A stretch of 30,805 nucleotides of DNA, taken from the NCBI GenBank assembly GCA_030141605.1, contig JAQGDQ010001655.1:1-30805 (forward strand), in the 5' to 3' direction. The notes under the pieces were generated by a model, which saw only the letters and a list, made by a program, of their open reading frames with translations, did not search any database and was not told the DNA's origin. Shown piece after piece: positions 11,525 to 22,769 of the stretch (its first letter is position 1; the number at the start of each line of letters is the position of its first letter). The stretch is from Tubiluchus corallicola. Lineage: Eukaryota; Animalia; Priapulida. The position numbers and the translations under genes were made by a program.

Positions 11525-13219
11525 GTGAGACATCTTTCACTCTAACTCGTCATCTTCTTGAACAGGTGAGACATCTTTCACTCTAACTCGTCATCTTCTT
11601 GAACAGGTGAGACATCTTTCACTCTAACTCGTCAGCTTCTTGAACAGGTGAGACATCTTTCACTCGAACTCGTCATCTTCTTGAACAGGTGACACATCTT
11701 ACACTCTAACATGACATCTTTTTGAACAGGTGAGACATCTTTCACTCTAACTCGTCATTTTCTTGAACAGGTGAGACATCTTTCACTCTAACTCGTCATC
11801 TTCTTGAACAGGTGAGACATCTTTCACTCTAACTCGTCATCTTCTTAAGCAGGTGAGACATCTTTAACTCTAACTTGACATCTTCTTGAACAGGTGAGAC
11901 GTCTTTCACTCTAACTTGCCATCCTCTTGAACAGGTGAGACATCTTTCACTCTAACTCGCCATCCTCTTGAACAGGTGAGACATCTTACACTCTAACTCG
12001 CCATCCTCTTGAACAGGTGAGACATCTTTCACTCTAACGCGCCATCCTCTTGAACAGGTGAGACATCTTTCACTCTAACTCGCCATCCTCTTGAACAGGT
12101 GAGACATCTTTCACTCTAACTCGTCATCTTCTTGAACAGGTGAGACATCTTTCACTCTAACTCGTCATCTTCTTGAACAGGTGAGACATCTTACACTCTA
12201 ACTCGTCATCTTCTTGAACAGGTGAGACGTCTTTCACTCTAACTTGCCATCCTCTTGAACAGGTGAGACATCTTACACTCTAACTCGCCATCCTCTTGAA
12301 CAGGTGAGACATCTTTCACTCTAACGCGCCATCCTCTTGAACAGGTGAGACATCTTTCACTCTAACTCGCCATCCTCTTGAACAGATGAGACAGCTTTCA
12401 CTCTAACTCGTCATCCTCTTGAACAGGTGAGACATCTTACACTCTAACTCGTCATCTTCTTGAACAGGTGAGACATCTTTAACTCTAACTTAACATCTTC
12501 TTGAACAGGTGAGACATCTTACACTCTAACTCATCATCTTCTTGAACAGGTGAGACATCTTTCACTCTAACTCGCCATCCTCTTAAACAGGTGAGACATC
12601 TTACACTCTAACTCGCCATCCTCTTGAACAGGTGAGACATCTTTCACTCTAACTCGTCATCTTCTTGAACAGGTGAGACATCTTTCACTCTAACTCGTCA
12701 TCTTCTTGAACAGGTGAGACATCTTTCACTCTAACTCACCATCCTCTTGAACAGGTGAGACATCTTTCACTCTAACTCACCATCCTCTTGAACAGGTGAG
12801 ACATCTTACACTCTAACTCGTCATCTTCTTAAACAGGTGAGACATCTTTCACTCTAACTCGCCATCTTCTTGAACAGGTGAGACATCTTTCACTCTAACT
12901 CGCCATCTTCTTGAACAGGTGAGACATCTTTCACTCTAACTCGTCATCTTCTTGAACAGGTGAGACATCTTTCACTCTAACTCGTCATCTTCTTGAACAG
13001 GTGAGACATCTTTCGCTCTAACTCATCATCTTCCTGAACAGGTGAGACATCTTTCGCTCTAACTCATCATCTTCCTGAACAGGTGAGACATCTTTTACTC
13101 TAGCTCGTCGTCTTCTTGAACAGGTGAGACATCTTTCACTCTAACTCGTCATCTTGAACAAGTGAGACATCTTTCACTCTAACTCGTCATCTTGAACAAG
13201 TGAGACATCTTTCACTCTA
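11513..13219 (+). repeat. 41-bp minisatellite, ~41 copies, spanning a METTL25 splice donor
   Basis: Unit CTTCTTGAACAG|GTGAGACATCTTTCACTCTAACTCGTCAT. Confidence 0.98.
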
Positions 13220-13603
13220 GCACCATATAACACCACCAGCAACATGTTATAGCACCATGTAGCACCACCACCAACATTTTCTAACAAACTAATTTCTTCC
13301 TATCCACTTCCAAGACTTTTCTGTGCTCTGATCTGTGTTTTTCAGGTGTGTGCTTTTTGTGATATTTTTCTTGTGCTTTAGCAGAATCACGGTTATCAAT
13401 CGAATTCCTAAGCCGTTTCGACACAAAAATTGGTGATCAAACTTTGAGGTAACATAAATATAATTGGTTGTCTGGGTGGTGCAAGTTTTGCCGAGTTTAT
13501 CATTAATTTTGGTCCTACAATGGCCATTAAACATTTTACACTAGAAATCAAATAAACGAACGTTTGTTAAGCTTTATCTGTAAAAATCCATTAAATGTTG
13601 CAG

Positions 13604-13702
13604 GAAAATGTTGCCAAAGTTGACCTGGTGCAACTGTTTGACCCTCGAATCTCACCACGTTGTTATGCCATTATTGCTGAAAAACGGTCATCACAGGAAT
13701 GA
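13604..13702 (+). CDS. METTL25: METTL25 last coding exon (ENVAKVDLVQLFDPRISPRCYAIIAEKRSSQE*)
   Basis: gttgcag acceptor; LFDPxxSPRCYA C-terminal motif; TGA at 13700-13702. Confidence 0.92.
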   Translation, partial: ENVAKVDLVQLFDPRISPRCYAIIAEKRSSQE

Positions 13703-13743
13703 AGCTCATCACACGATAGCTGCCAGCACATTTACGGGAAAAA

Positions 13744-14395
13744 GGTGTGATTGCATAGAGGCATCGTCCCCAAGTTGGCAATTGGGCTTTTCTAGTTCTT
13801 CGCATCTCCTGAATCTCCATTTCATGAGGATCATTTTGATACCAAGTTCATCACTCTATGTTATTTCTAAGCTGAGATAATCCACAATGAAGATGAGGTG
13901 CAGGCTGCACACTGAAAAACATAATCTTGAGAAAATCACTGTTAAACTTAGCTATTGTTAGTTGAACCACTTAGCAACTGTACGAAACTGTGGTTGTTAT
14001 GAATTTTACGAGAACACATTGAAGTTACATTAAAATCCAGTAGATGGCTCTTCCTGACGAAGATCTGGTCTTGTCAACAGAAAAAAACCTAAAGCAAAAT
14101 GACTGCTTTCACGAGTTACAATCGGAGTTTGAAAATACACGTTTTTTACAATTGCAGTACTAGTTCCTAGACAGAAAAGCGGGTTAGGAGTTATAAAATT
14201 AGATTTTTAGTATTTTTTGGGCATTTTCCTGATAAAATGATCCTAGAATATAAAAGTCCAACCTATTTAGATTTGTTTTCATAAAAAATAAAAAAATTGA
14301 CATTTATCCAAATTTTTAGTGCTTTCTACTTTCAAGCATCATAGCATAGTTTTAACTGTGCCGTCTTACGGATGGTTTTGGTTTGCAAGCAGACA
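13744..14395 (+). mobile_element. MITE family A copy 3, ~40 bp after the METTL25 stop
   Basis: Homologous to 884-1550; degenerate left TIR; right TIR GGTTTTGGTTTGCAAGCAGACA. Confidence 0.88.
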
Positions 14396-14624
14396 CATGA
14401 TATAATGAATACTGGACTGTGATATGAATTGTTAGCAAGTAAACAATAGAGAAATGATAGTCACGTTTGATGCTACATAAGTGGCTCACAAACATTCTTT
14501 CTGACATCTTTCTTTGCTACACGGGAATTTTGTTCCTTCGGGAGTCTTCCAGACACAGAGTAGACATGTCAGGAATTATCCTAAGTGCTAATAAAACCCG
14601 AAGTGGTAATTATGAGTATAGTCC

Positions 14625-14739
14625 TCTACGGTTTCGCATTGTAAAGGTGTGGAACTCTTTACCATTTGAAGTCGTAAATGCCCCTAATTTAACTACATTT
14701 AAAACTCGCCTTTGTAGCCATCTCTACCCAAACTTGTAA
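14625..14739 (+). mobile_element. CR1/L2-like LINE ORF2 extreme C-terminal fragment
   Basis: FRIVKVWNSLPFEVVNAPNLTTFKTRL matches the typical R(V/I)VxxWNSLP..VV.A..L..FK.RL terminus. Confidence 0.75.
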
Positions 14740-14812
14740 TGTTTTTTATAATTTTGTCATAATATTATAATAATGTTAATTACTATTGTCATAGGTACGT
14801 AAAGTTTAGTAC

Positions 14813-15778
14813 AAATGTTCGCACTTACATTATTGTACCGTATGATAAATGTTCACACTTACATTATTATACCGTATGATAAATGTTCACACTTGCATTA
14901 TTGTACTGTATGATAAATGTTCACACTTGCATTATTGTCCTGTATGATAAATGTTCACACTTACATTATTGTCCTGTATGATAAATGTTTGCACTTACAT
15001 TATTGTACTGTATGATAAATGTTCACACTTGCATTATTGTACTGTATGATAAATGTTCACACTTACATTATTGTCCTGTATGATAAATGTTCACACTTGC
15101 ATTATTGTACTGTATAATAAATGTTCACACTTACATTATTGTACTGTATGATAAATGTTCACACTTACATTATTGTCCTGTATGATAAATGTTCACACTT
15201 ACATTATTGTACTGTATGATAAATGTTCACACTTACATTATTGTCCTGTATGATAAATGTTCACACTTGCATTATTGTACTGTATGATAAATGTTCACAC
15301 TTACATTATTGTACTGTATGATAAATGTTCACACTTGCATTATTGTACTGTATGATAAATGTTCACACTTACATTATTGTCCTGTATGATAAATGTTCAC
15401 ACTTGCATTATTGTACTGTATAATAAATGTTCACACTTACATTATTGTACTGTATGATAAATGTCATTATTATTGTCTTATGTAAATGTTCAATTATTAT
15501 TTTGATAAATGTCACACTTCATTATTGTCTTATGATAAATGTTCACACTTATTAACATATTGTACTGTATGATAAATGTTCACACTTGCATTATTGTCCT
15601 GTATGATAAATGTTCACACTTACATTATTGTCCTGTATGATAAATGTTCACACTTACATTATTGTCCTGTATGATAAATGTTCACACTTACATTATTGTC
15701 CTGTATGATAAATGTTCACACTTACATTATTGTCCTGTATGATAAATGTTCACACTTACATTATTGTCCTGTATGATA
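14813..15778. repeat. 34-bp minisatellite, ~28 copies
   Basis: Unit ATGATAAATGTTCACACTTRCATTATTGTMCTGT; degenerate patch ~15460-15560. Confidence 0.97.
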
Positions 15779-16163
15779 TGCTGCACTATGTTGTCTCATT
15801 CGCGCGGGAACTACTTTGGGTAATTTAAATTAGTGTACTTTGTCGTGTTTCGGCTTACCAGTCGAGCTACAATTATCCATAAATTAACTAATAATAGATG
15901 CTGTAATAAATAAATAAATGCGTAAGTTAAATAATAAATAAATGCTGTAATAATTTTAACTAATTAAACATAACAAGCGAATATTTTGAAATAGAATTTA
16001 TTTTCAATAAAGTGATTCAAAATTTTTGAGCAAATTATTAGTTATTAATAGAGTTTTTATGTTTAACATGTCCCTCATGCTCAAAGATCTCCCTGTAACG
16101 GTTACGGAAACAGTTGGGCCTGGTAACGTTGGTGCTATAACATGAAAATACGTTTATCTCTGT

Positions 16164-16673
16164 CAGTGGCTGCCCGTAGTTAAAATTAGTGGAGCTGCTG
16201 CTTCAGAAGGTTTCTGCCATTGTTTTAACACTGTGTAAAACGAAACAAACACGTGTAACTTTAATATTATAATTGTAATTTATACATAAACTTCATAAAG
16301 TCCTAAATAAAAAATATTGTTTGCTTGATCCTAAATGACCGAAGTTCAAGATGATGCCGGTACACGGTTTTTAAGCACGTGACAACTGACAACATACTCT
16401 GTGAGCAACAGTACTTTCTCTACCTAGCAGCAGACGCTAGCAGTGCAGCATAGTGTGTTATCGCAGACATGTGTGCATGCAGCCATGCGCACAACAGCCA
16501 AACACACCACTGTACTGAGCTAGCAATCAAACAGTACTACCCTCACGTGCTCTGGTTCCATACAACTATAAAGAAAGAACTAACGAACTAAAGACTCATT
16601 ATATTGAATATTATTGATAATATTGAGTGAAAATAGGGGGTGCTGCAGTTCCGCAATGAACGAGCCGCTACTG
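16164..16673 (-). mobile_element. hAT-type MITE family C copy 2
   Basis: TIRs CAGTGGCTGCCCGT / ACGAGCCGCTACTG; TSD ATCTCTGT/ATCTCTAT. Confidence 0.87.
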
Positions 16674-17099
16674 ATCTCTATTTACGATAATTATGATTAC
16701 TGATTCACGTATTTCAATGCTCCATCAAAATTAAACTACAATCATGTTAACTAACGTCTGACATGTAAACAAAGACTGGCCTACTCATCATAATGCTAAA
16801 TGTTCTATTTCTACGGTACAGTTCGTTAGCAATCTCGTAACAACAGCATGTTAATAACGCATCTACAAAATGCAGTCGACAAGCCGAAACTTAGAACAAT
16901 GTATATTTATAATTATAAACATTCCAAACAAACACTAATCTGGACTTCTTGACCAGTGGCTATCCGCATACATGCAAATAATGCTGCCCGGCAGACTAGG
17001 ATATAAACAGAGTTCTTGTTTCAGTCATTTTACAAAGCACCACTTCTGAGATGTTGAGCCGTCCATGAATTGGTGCTTACACGACCCAATGATACTATA

Positions 17100-17752
17100 T
17101 GTGTGCTTGCACAGCAAAATCATCCATAAGTCGGCAATTAAGCTTTTCTAGTTATTCACATGTCATGAATCTCCATTTCATGAGGATCATCTTGATACCA
17201 AGTTCATCACTTTATGTTATTTCTAAGCTGAGATAATCCACGTTGAAGTTGAGGTGCAGGCTGCACACTGAAAAACATAATCTTGAGAAAATTGCTGTTA
17301 AAGTTAGCCATTGTTTTTTGTCGCGTTTCTACAGAACACTTAGCAACCGCACAAATGTTGGTTGCTATGGATTTTACAAGAGCACATTCAAGTTATGTTT
17401 AAATCCAGTAGATGGCCCCTTCTGACGAAGCTCTGCGCTTGGAAACAGAAAAAACTCAAAGCAAAATGGCTGCTTCCACGAGATACAGTCGGAGTTTGAA
17501 AATGCAAGTTTTTGACATTTGCATTACTAGTTTCTAGCCAGAAAAATGAGTAAGGGTTATGAAGATGTAACTAGTATTATTTAAACATTTTCTTGATAAT
17601 TTGATGCTAGAACATAAAAGCTCAATATGTTTATCGTTTGTTTTTATAAAAAAAAAAAATTTGACCGAATTTTTGCTACATTCTACTTTGAAAGCATCAC
17701 AACGTGGTTTTAGCTATGCTGACTTATGGACGGTTTTGGTTCCAAGCACCTA
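17100..17752 (+). mobile_element. MITE family A copy 4, ~280 bp past the PCCB stop
   Basis: Homologous to 884-1550; both TIRs recognisable. Confidence 0.9.
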
Positions 17753-18032
17753 AATAAGCATTAGTGCAGGAGTGCAAGTCTGTTAAGCATTAGTGCACAT
17801 GGGTATTGACAAAAGTGCCACACAGTTACAAATTTGCAACAAATATCCACTCTATAGCGGAATGGTTCAAAAAAACTTAAATTTAGAAGTAATAGAAACA
17901 TAATATGCGACAATCTTGTTCTGCGTGCGTTGACTAGAAGAAATTTTAAAAATGTGAATATTTTTGCGCCAAATTAACTGTTTCCAAAAATAACACTATT
18001 TAGTTTTAGAATAAATAATACTCGTCGCATGG

Positions 18033-19459
18033 TTACAGGGGCATATTTGCATGTTTCTTCCAAGGATTCTCCTGTTTCTTGTTGGCTAGCATGTCAAGAT
18101 CGGCACATATTCTTGCTCGGGTCGTGTGAGGGTCGATGATGTCGTCAACGAAGCCTCTGATTGCGGCCGGAAACGGATTCGTGAACTTGGTCATGTATTC
18201 CTGTTCCGCTTTCTCGATATCCGCCCCTCTGAAGATGATGGAGACGGCTCCTTTGGCACCCATGACGGCAACTTCGGCAGTCGGCCATGCGTAGTTCACG
18301 TCACCTCTAAGATGTTTGGAGTTCATCACACAGTAAGCACCGCCGTAAGCCTTGCGGGTGATGACGGTTATTTTAGGCACTGTGGCCTCGGCATAGGCAA
18401 AGATCAGCTTGGCTCCGTGTCGAATTATTCCCCCGAATTCTTGAGCAGTACCGGGCAAAAATCCGGGAACATCCTCAAAGGTTATTATTGGGATGTTGAA
18501 AGCGTCGCAGAATCTCACAAACCTAGCCCCCTTTACGGATGCGTTAATATCAAGACATCCGGCCGCTACCTTCGGCTGATTTCCGACAATGCCAACAGTT
18601 CTTCCATTCATGCGAGCAAATCCAACGATGATGTTCTTCGCATAACTAGGATGAATCTCGAAGAAGTCTCTTTCGTCGACAACAGCTTTGATAACGTCGA
18701 GCATGTCGTAAGCGGCAGTGGATTCCAAGGGCACGACGGTGTCAAGACTGTACACCTTGCGATCTGGTGGATCGTCGCACGGACGTCTAGGTGGAGGATC
18801 CCGGTTACTGAGCGGCAAGAAGTTATAGAATTCTCTTAATCTTACCATTGCATCAACATCATTTTCAAATGCATGATGCGCGACACCAGACACTGAATTG
18901 TGGGTCTTTGCTCCGCCGAGTTCTTCCTGTGTTACATCCTCATTAGTGACGGATTTCACGACATCCGGACCGGTAATAAACAGGTAAGAGGTGTCTCTTA
19001 CCATAAACGTGAAGTCGGTGAGTGCAGGTGAATAGACGGCACCGCCGGCACAGGGGCCCATGATGAGAGAAATTTGTGGAATCACTCCGGAAGACATGAC
19101 GTTCCTCTGGAAAATATCGGCATAACCGGCAAGAGATTCGACACCTTCCTGAATTCTTGCTCCGCCCGAATCGTTGAGTCCAACAACAGGTACGCCAACC
19201 AGCATAGCTTGGTCCATAACTTTGCAAATTTTTCTTGCGTGTGCGCTTGATAAACTTCCGCCGAAGACTGTGAAATCTTGACTGAACACGTACACGGGCC
19301 GTCCGTGTATCTTCCCGTGGCCGGTTATGACTCCGTCGCCTGCATACTTCTCATTTTCCATGCCAAAGTCGGTGCATCTGTGTTCAGCAAACATGTCATA
19401 CTCCACAAATGTGTCAGGATCGCAAAGCAGGTGAATTCTTTCTCTCGCTGTGAGCTTGC
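18033..19459 (-). CDS. PCCB: Propionyl-CoA carboxylase beta chain, exon 2
   Basis: Carboxyltransferase motifs [48 protein letters not shown]; ttttag acceptor at 19461-19460. Confidence 0.97.
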
Positions 19460-20165
19460 CTAAAATCAGAATTGTATACATCGAGTTAGTCTCCCAGCCG
19501 CACTCCAACGATTTGTATTATGAACATATGTGCAACAAAATTTTATTTGAATGCAGTGATGCTGCATTAAACATCAGGAAAAATTGCAGACATGTTTTTG
19601 TATTTTAAGAAAATGTGCAATTAGGTCTATCCTAATATGGAAACTGTTTGGCAAAAAACGGGATTATTAAGGGGACAATTGGAAAATTTTACAACCAGGT
19701 TTGCCAAGTCACACACACACACTTTAGCCAGTACTTATCATGCTCCCACACAGCAAAATCATTAAGTCTGCATCTTTTCATCCCCATGCCTATTAGTATT
19801 AGCATTGGAATGTTGTTTAATTTTAGGCGGGTCAGATTGCCTTACGGAGGCTTTACAAGACATTTCACTACTATCTTTCTGCAAATTACCACAAAACACC
19901 TGGACACTAACCAGCGACAAAGAAAAACTATTTTATTTTTCTCCCACGTGGACGAGTGCTGCTACTATCTGTGTGCAACACAATGACAGGCTTGTTCTTA
20001 ACTCAGCACACAGTACTTGAAAATAAGATAGTGCTCTTCTGAGACTCGCCAGGTGACTTTTTTGCCACTTAGGACACAATATGTAACATAATTTCTCATG
20101 TTTAAAAAATCTGACACGTATGAGTGCAGATTTGAGCAATTTATGATTTAAAATGAGTTATGTAC

Positions 20166-20340
20166 CTTTAGCATGTTGCTTTTCTATGCGCTTTTCGCCA
20201 CCACCAAGTAATGCAGCTTTCTTTTGTTGTTCTATTCGGTTTTTCACTTGTATGTTATGAGCAACGGTGCACCACCTTCTCTGGGACGATTTTGTGGCAG
20301 CCTGCACCAAAGACCTTGCAACACCACCGACGATAGACAT
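20166..20340 (-). CDS. PCCB: PCCB exon 1 (mitochondrial transit peptide-like N-terminus + ALLGGGEKRIEKQHAK)
   Basis: ATG at 20340; G|GTACAT phase-1 donor; joins exon 2 in frame to give 533 aa. Confidence 0.93.
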
Positions 20341-20896
20341 AATTCTACGAGTGAATATGGATCAAAAACACACTCAACTACAAGTTATCTTAAACGTTTT
20401 TAACCACAACGCAGCAAATGTCGGTGCTGGCTTTTAGACTGTCTTATGCTAAGAGACAGTTCCCAATATTTAAAGAAGTTTGCCCACTGAAATTTCGGCT
20501 TTGCCAGGCCCCAGGGAAGCCAAGGCCAGACAATAGCAGAAATCTTTGAACAAAATAATTACTATAAATATTTTGTTTAAGTTTGCTACCAGTCTTAGAA
20601 CTTTTACACTACATTAAGCCCAACAACTGCTGCAAAGATATTTTGTAAAAAGCTGTTGGTCAATCTGTCTTTGTCTAATGATCTTTGTTTGTAGTTGTAG
20701 GAATCACGCTTTAATAGAAACTGTTTCCTGCTTTTGGGTCTTATACGTTTTCGTACACATCCAGGTTTTCTGGGACGGTGGGCGGAGTTCTGATCACGTT
20801 GCTGTACTGTATGTGCCGGCTCCGTTTTGCATTATTTTGTAGTTCTGAATTTTCTGTATCATTGTAGGTTTCTAATTCTCATAGTAGCAGTAGACC
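20341..20896. promoter_or_regulatory. Putative bidirectional promoter/5' UTRs of PCCB and GBE1
   Basis: 556 bp between divergent ATGs; no TE recognised; GC box TGGGCGGAGT at 20779-20788. Confidence 0.65.
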
Positions 20897-21044
20897 ATGT
20901 CGAACATTCGCGAACTTGTTGATGGTGTTGACCCAGATAAAGTCCATGTTCCAGAGTTGCAAACGCTATTAAATGACGATGGTTACTTGACAGGCTTTCA
21001 ACGCGAAATAAAACGTCGATACGGCTGTTTTCAGAAAACCTTGG
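20897..21044 (+). CDS. GBE1: 1,4-alpha-glucan branching enzyme exon 1 (MSNIRELVDGVDPDKVHVPELQTLLNDDGYL...EIKRRYG)
   Basis: gaccATG start; VPELxxLLxxDxYL...RRY GBE1 N-terminus; G|GTATGT phase-1 donor; not in ORF track. Confidence 0.92.
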
Positions 21045-21753
21045 GTATGTTTTAAAGTCAAACTCGGTAGTAGACTGTTGTGAGCTCTTTCGGCAGATTT
21101 ATTACATGCTGCTGCTTTCTTACTATCTCTCTATTGCAGCAGCGATTGTTCTTAACATTTCTGGCAGTTAGCACACTGAACTTTTGAAACAAGAGACTTT
21201 GGATCACGGTTATGTATCAATTTTTTTTAATTTTTACAAGATCACCAACTGTCACATGAATTCAGTAATTCGCTTTAGAGATACTTAGTGCCCAGGATCA
21301 CAAAATCTCTGTGAAGATATTTTGTTCAAAACCATGCCTAAATGTACTTTGAATTTTGACCCCAGTCAGACAAGTCAAGGTCATTGATCTCTTATTTGCC
21401 TTTTCATTTAGAGTCGGCATAATCCTGACATTTTACACAGGTTGAAGGTGGTATATCACCAAAAATCAAGTTGAACTTCAATGACTCTTATATACATATA
21501 AAACTAACATCACTTATGTAAACTAAATACTACATGTGTATGCAACTATCTTAAATTTATGTTTATGTATATTCATGTTGTACCATTGGGTTTATACATC
21601 AAAGTGTGATATTGTGTCTTTGGTTTAAATTGTTGAGTTTTTCTTGTGTAATTGTGTTCTTGATAATGTGGTATAGGTTTTTGTAGCGCTGTATATGTGT
21701 GAAATTGTATCTTTATAATTGGTTTGTGTATTGTGTGATTTGTAATTGTTGTT

Positions 21754-22494
21754 GGGCACCGAGTAACCCACTAGCCGAAGTAGGACAATTTATTATACAT
21801 CTGATAAAATAAAAGAATTTTATTCTGAGCTAGAAGAATTAATATTTGCCAATGTTAATCTTCTTTGAAGTGAAATAAGCACACTTTTTAGGCGATCCAA
21901 CATTTGTTTAAGGTATATCATTTTTTTATTTTGTCTTGCTTCACAGACAGGTGATCCTTTTCACTCCCTTTGAGACAAATAATTGTTTTCTACTAAGTAA
22001 ACGGGTTAGCGAGTTATGTGCCCTACGTAGTTTCTCTCTTTAAAGCATTAGATACTTAGTTTACTGTTATGATGATATTAATGGAGCTAATAATAATGAT
22101 GATATTATTGTAAAAATACATTTGTAAATTGTCAAGGACTATCCATCATTACTTTTTTTGTAAAACAAATTTACTTTCATGTTTTTGTATGTCATAAATC
22201 TCGATTCTTGACAGAAATCGCTAGTGTCCTACTTGCGCTGCCCATGTACGACACTGCTTTTAGCACATGCGTTTTCCCGGAAGTATCCTACTTAGGCTGC
22301 CCATGTATGACACTGTTTTTAGCACATGCGTTTTCCCGGAAGTATCCTACTTGGGCTGCCCATGTACGACACTGCTTTTAGCACATGCGTTTTCCCGGAA
22401 GTGTCCTACTTGGGCTGCCCATGTACGACACTGCTTTTAGCACATGCGTTTTCCTGGAAGTATCCTACTTCAGCTTGTGGGTTACTCGGCGCCC
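21754..22494. mobile_element. TIR element (GGGC...GCCC ends) in the GBE1 intron
   Basis: GGGCACCGAGTAACCCACTAGCCGAAGTAGGA / TCCTACTTCAGCTTGTGGGTTACTCGGCGCCC. Confidence 0.8.
22224..22470. repeat. 59-bp tandem repeat x4 inside the TIR element
   Basis: Unit CCTACTTGGGCTGCCCATGTACGACACTGCTTTTAGCACATGCGTTTTCCCGGAAGTAT. Confidence 0.95.
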
Positions 22495-22769
22495 TACAAT
22501 TGTGATTACCCAATAAAATATAAAAAATACGTTTAGAAATTGCTTTGTTTCACTTTCATTATCCAAATTTCTTATTCCAAGATTTAAAACAAGTTCTTCT
22601 CTGCGTCAGACTACAAAGTAGCATGGCTTCTTTTACTATGAAATGGCAATCCGTACTTAATCCATACCTAATCCGTATTAAATGGCAATTTGTACTTAAT
22701 CCGTACCTAATCCGTATTAAATGACAATTTGTTATTTATCATTTTTTCCACTTTTGCTTTGTTTTTCAG

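Noticed and set aside
1052-17425. Recurring short ORFs (…LSNRTNVGCYG…LNPVDG) at 1052, 5708 and 17243 as a gene family
   Set aside because: They lie inside MITE family A copies, with inconsistent frames and stops and non-ATG starts.
22641-22730. 40-bp duplication near the GBE1 acceptor (and a 23-bp duplication at ~8325-8370)
   Set aside because: Simple two-copy slippage duplications with no further signal.
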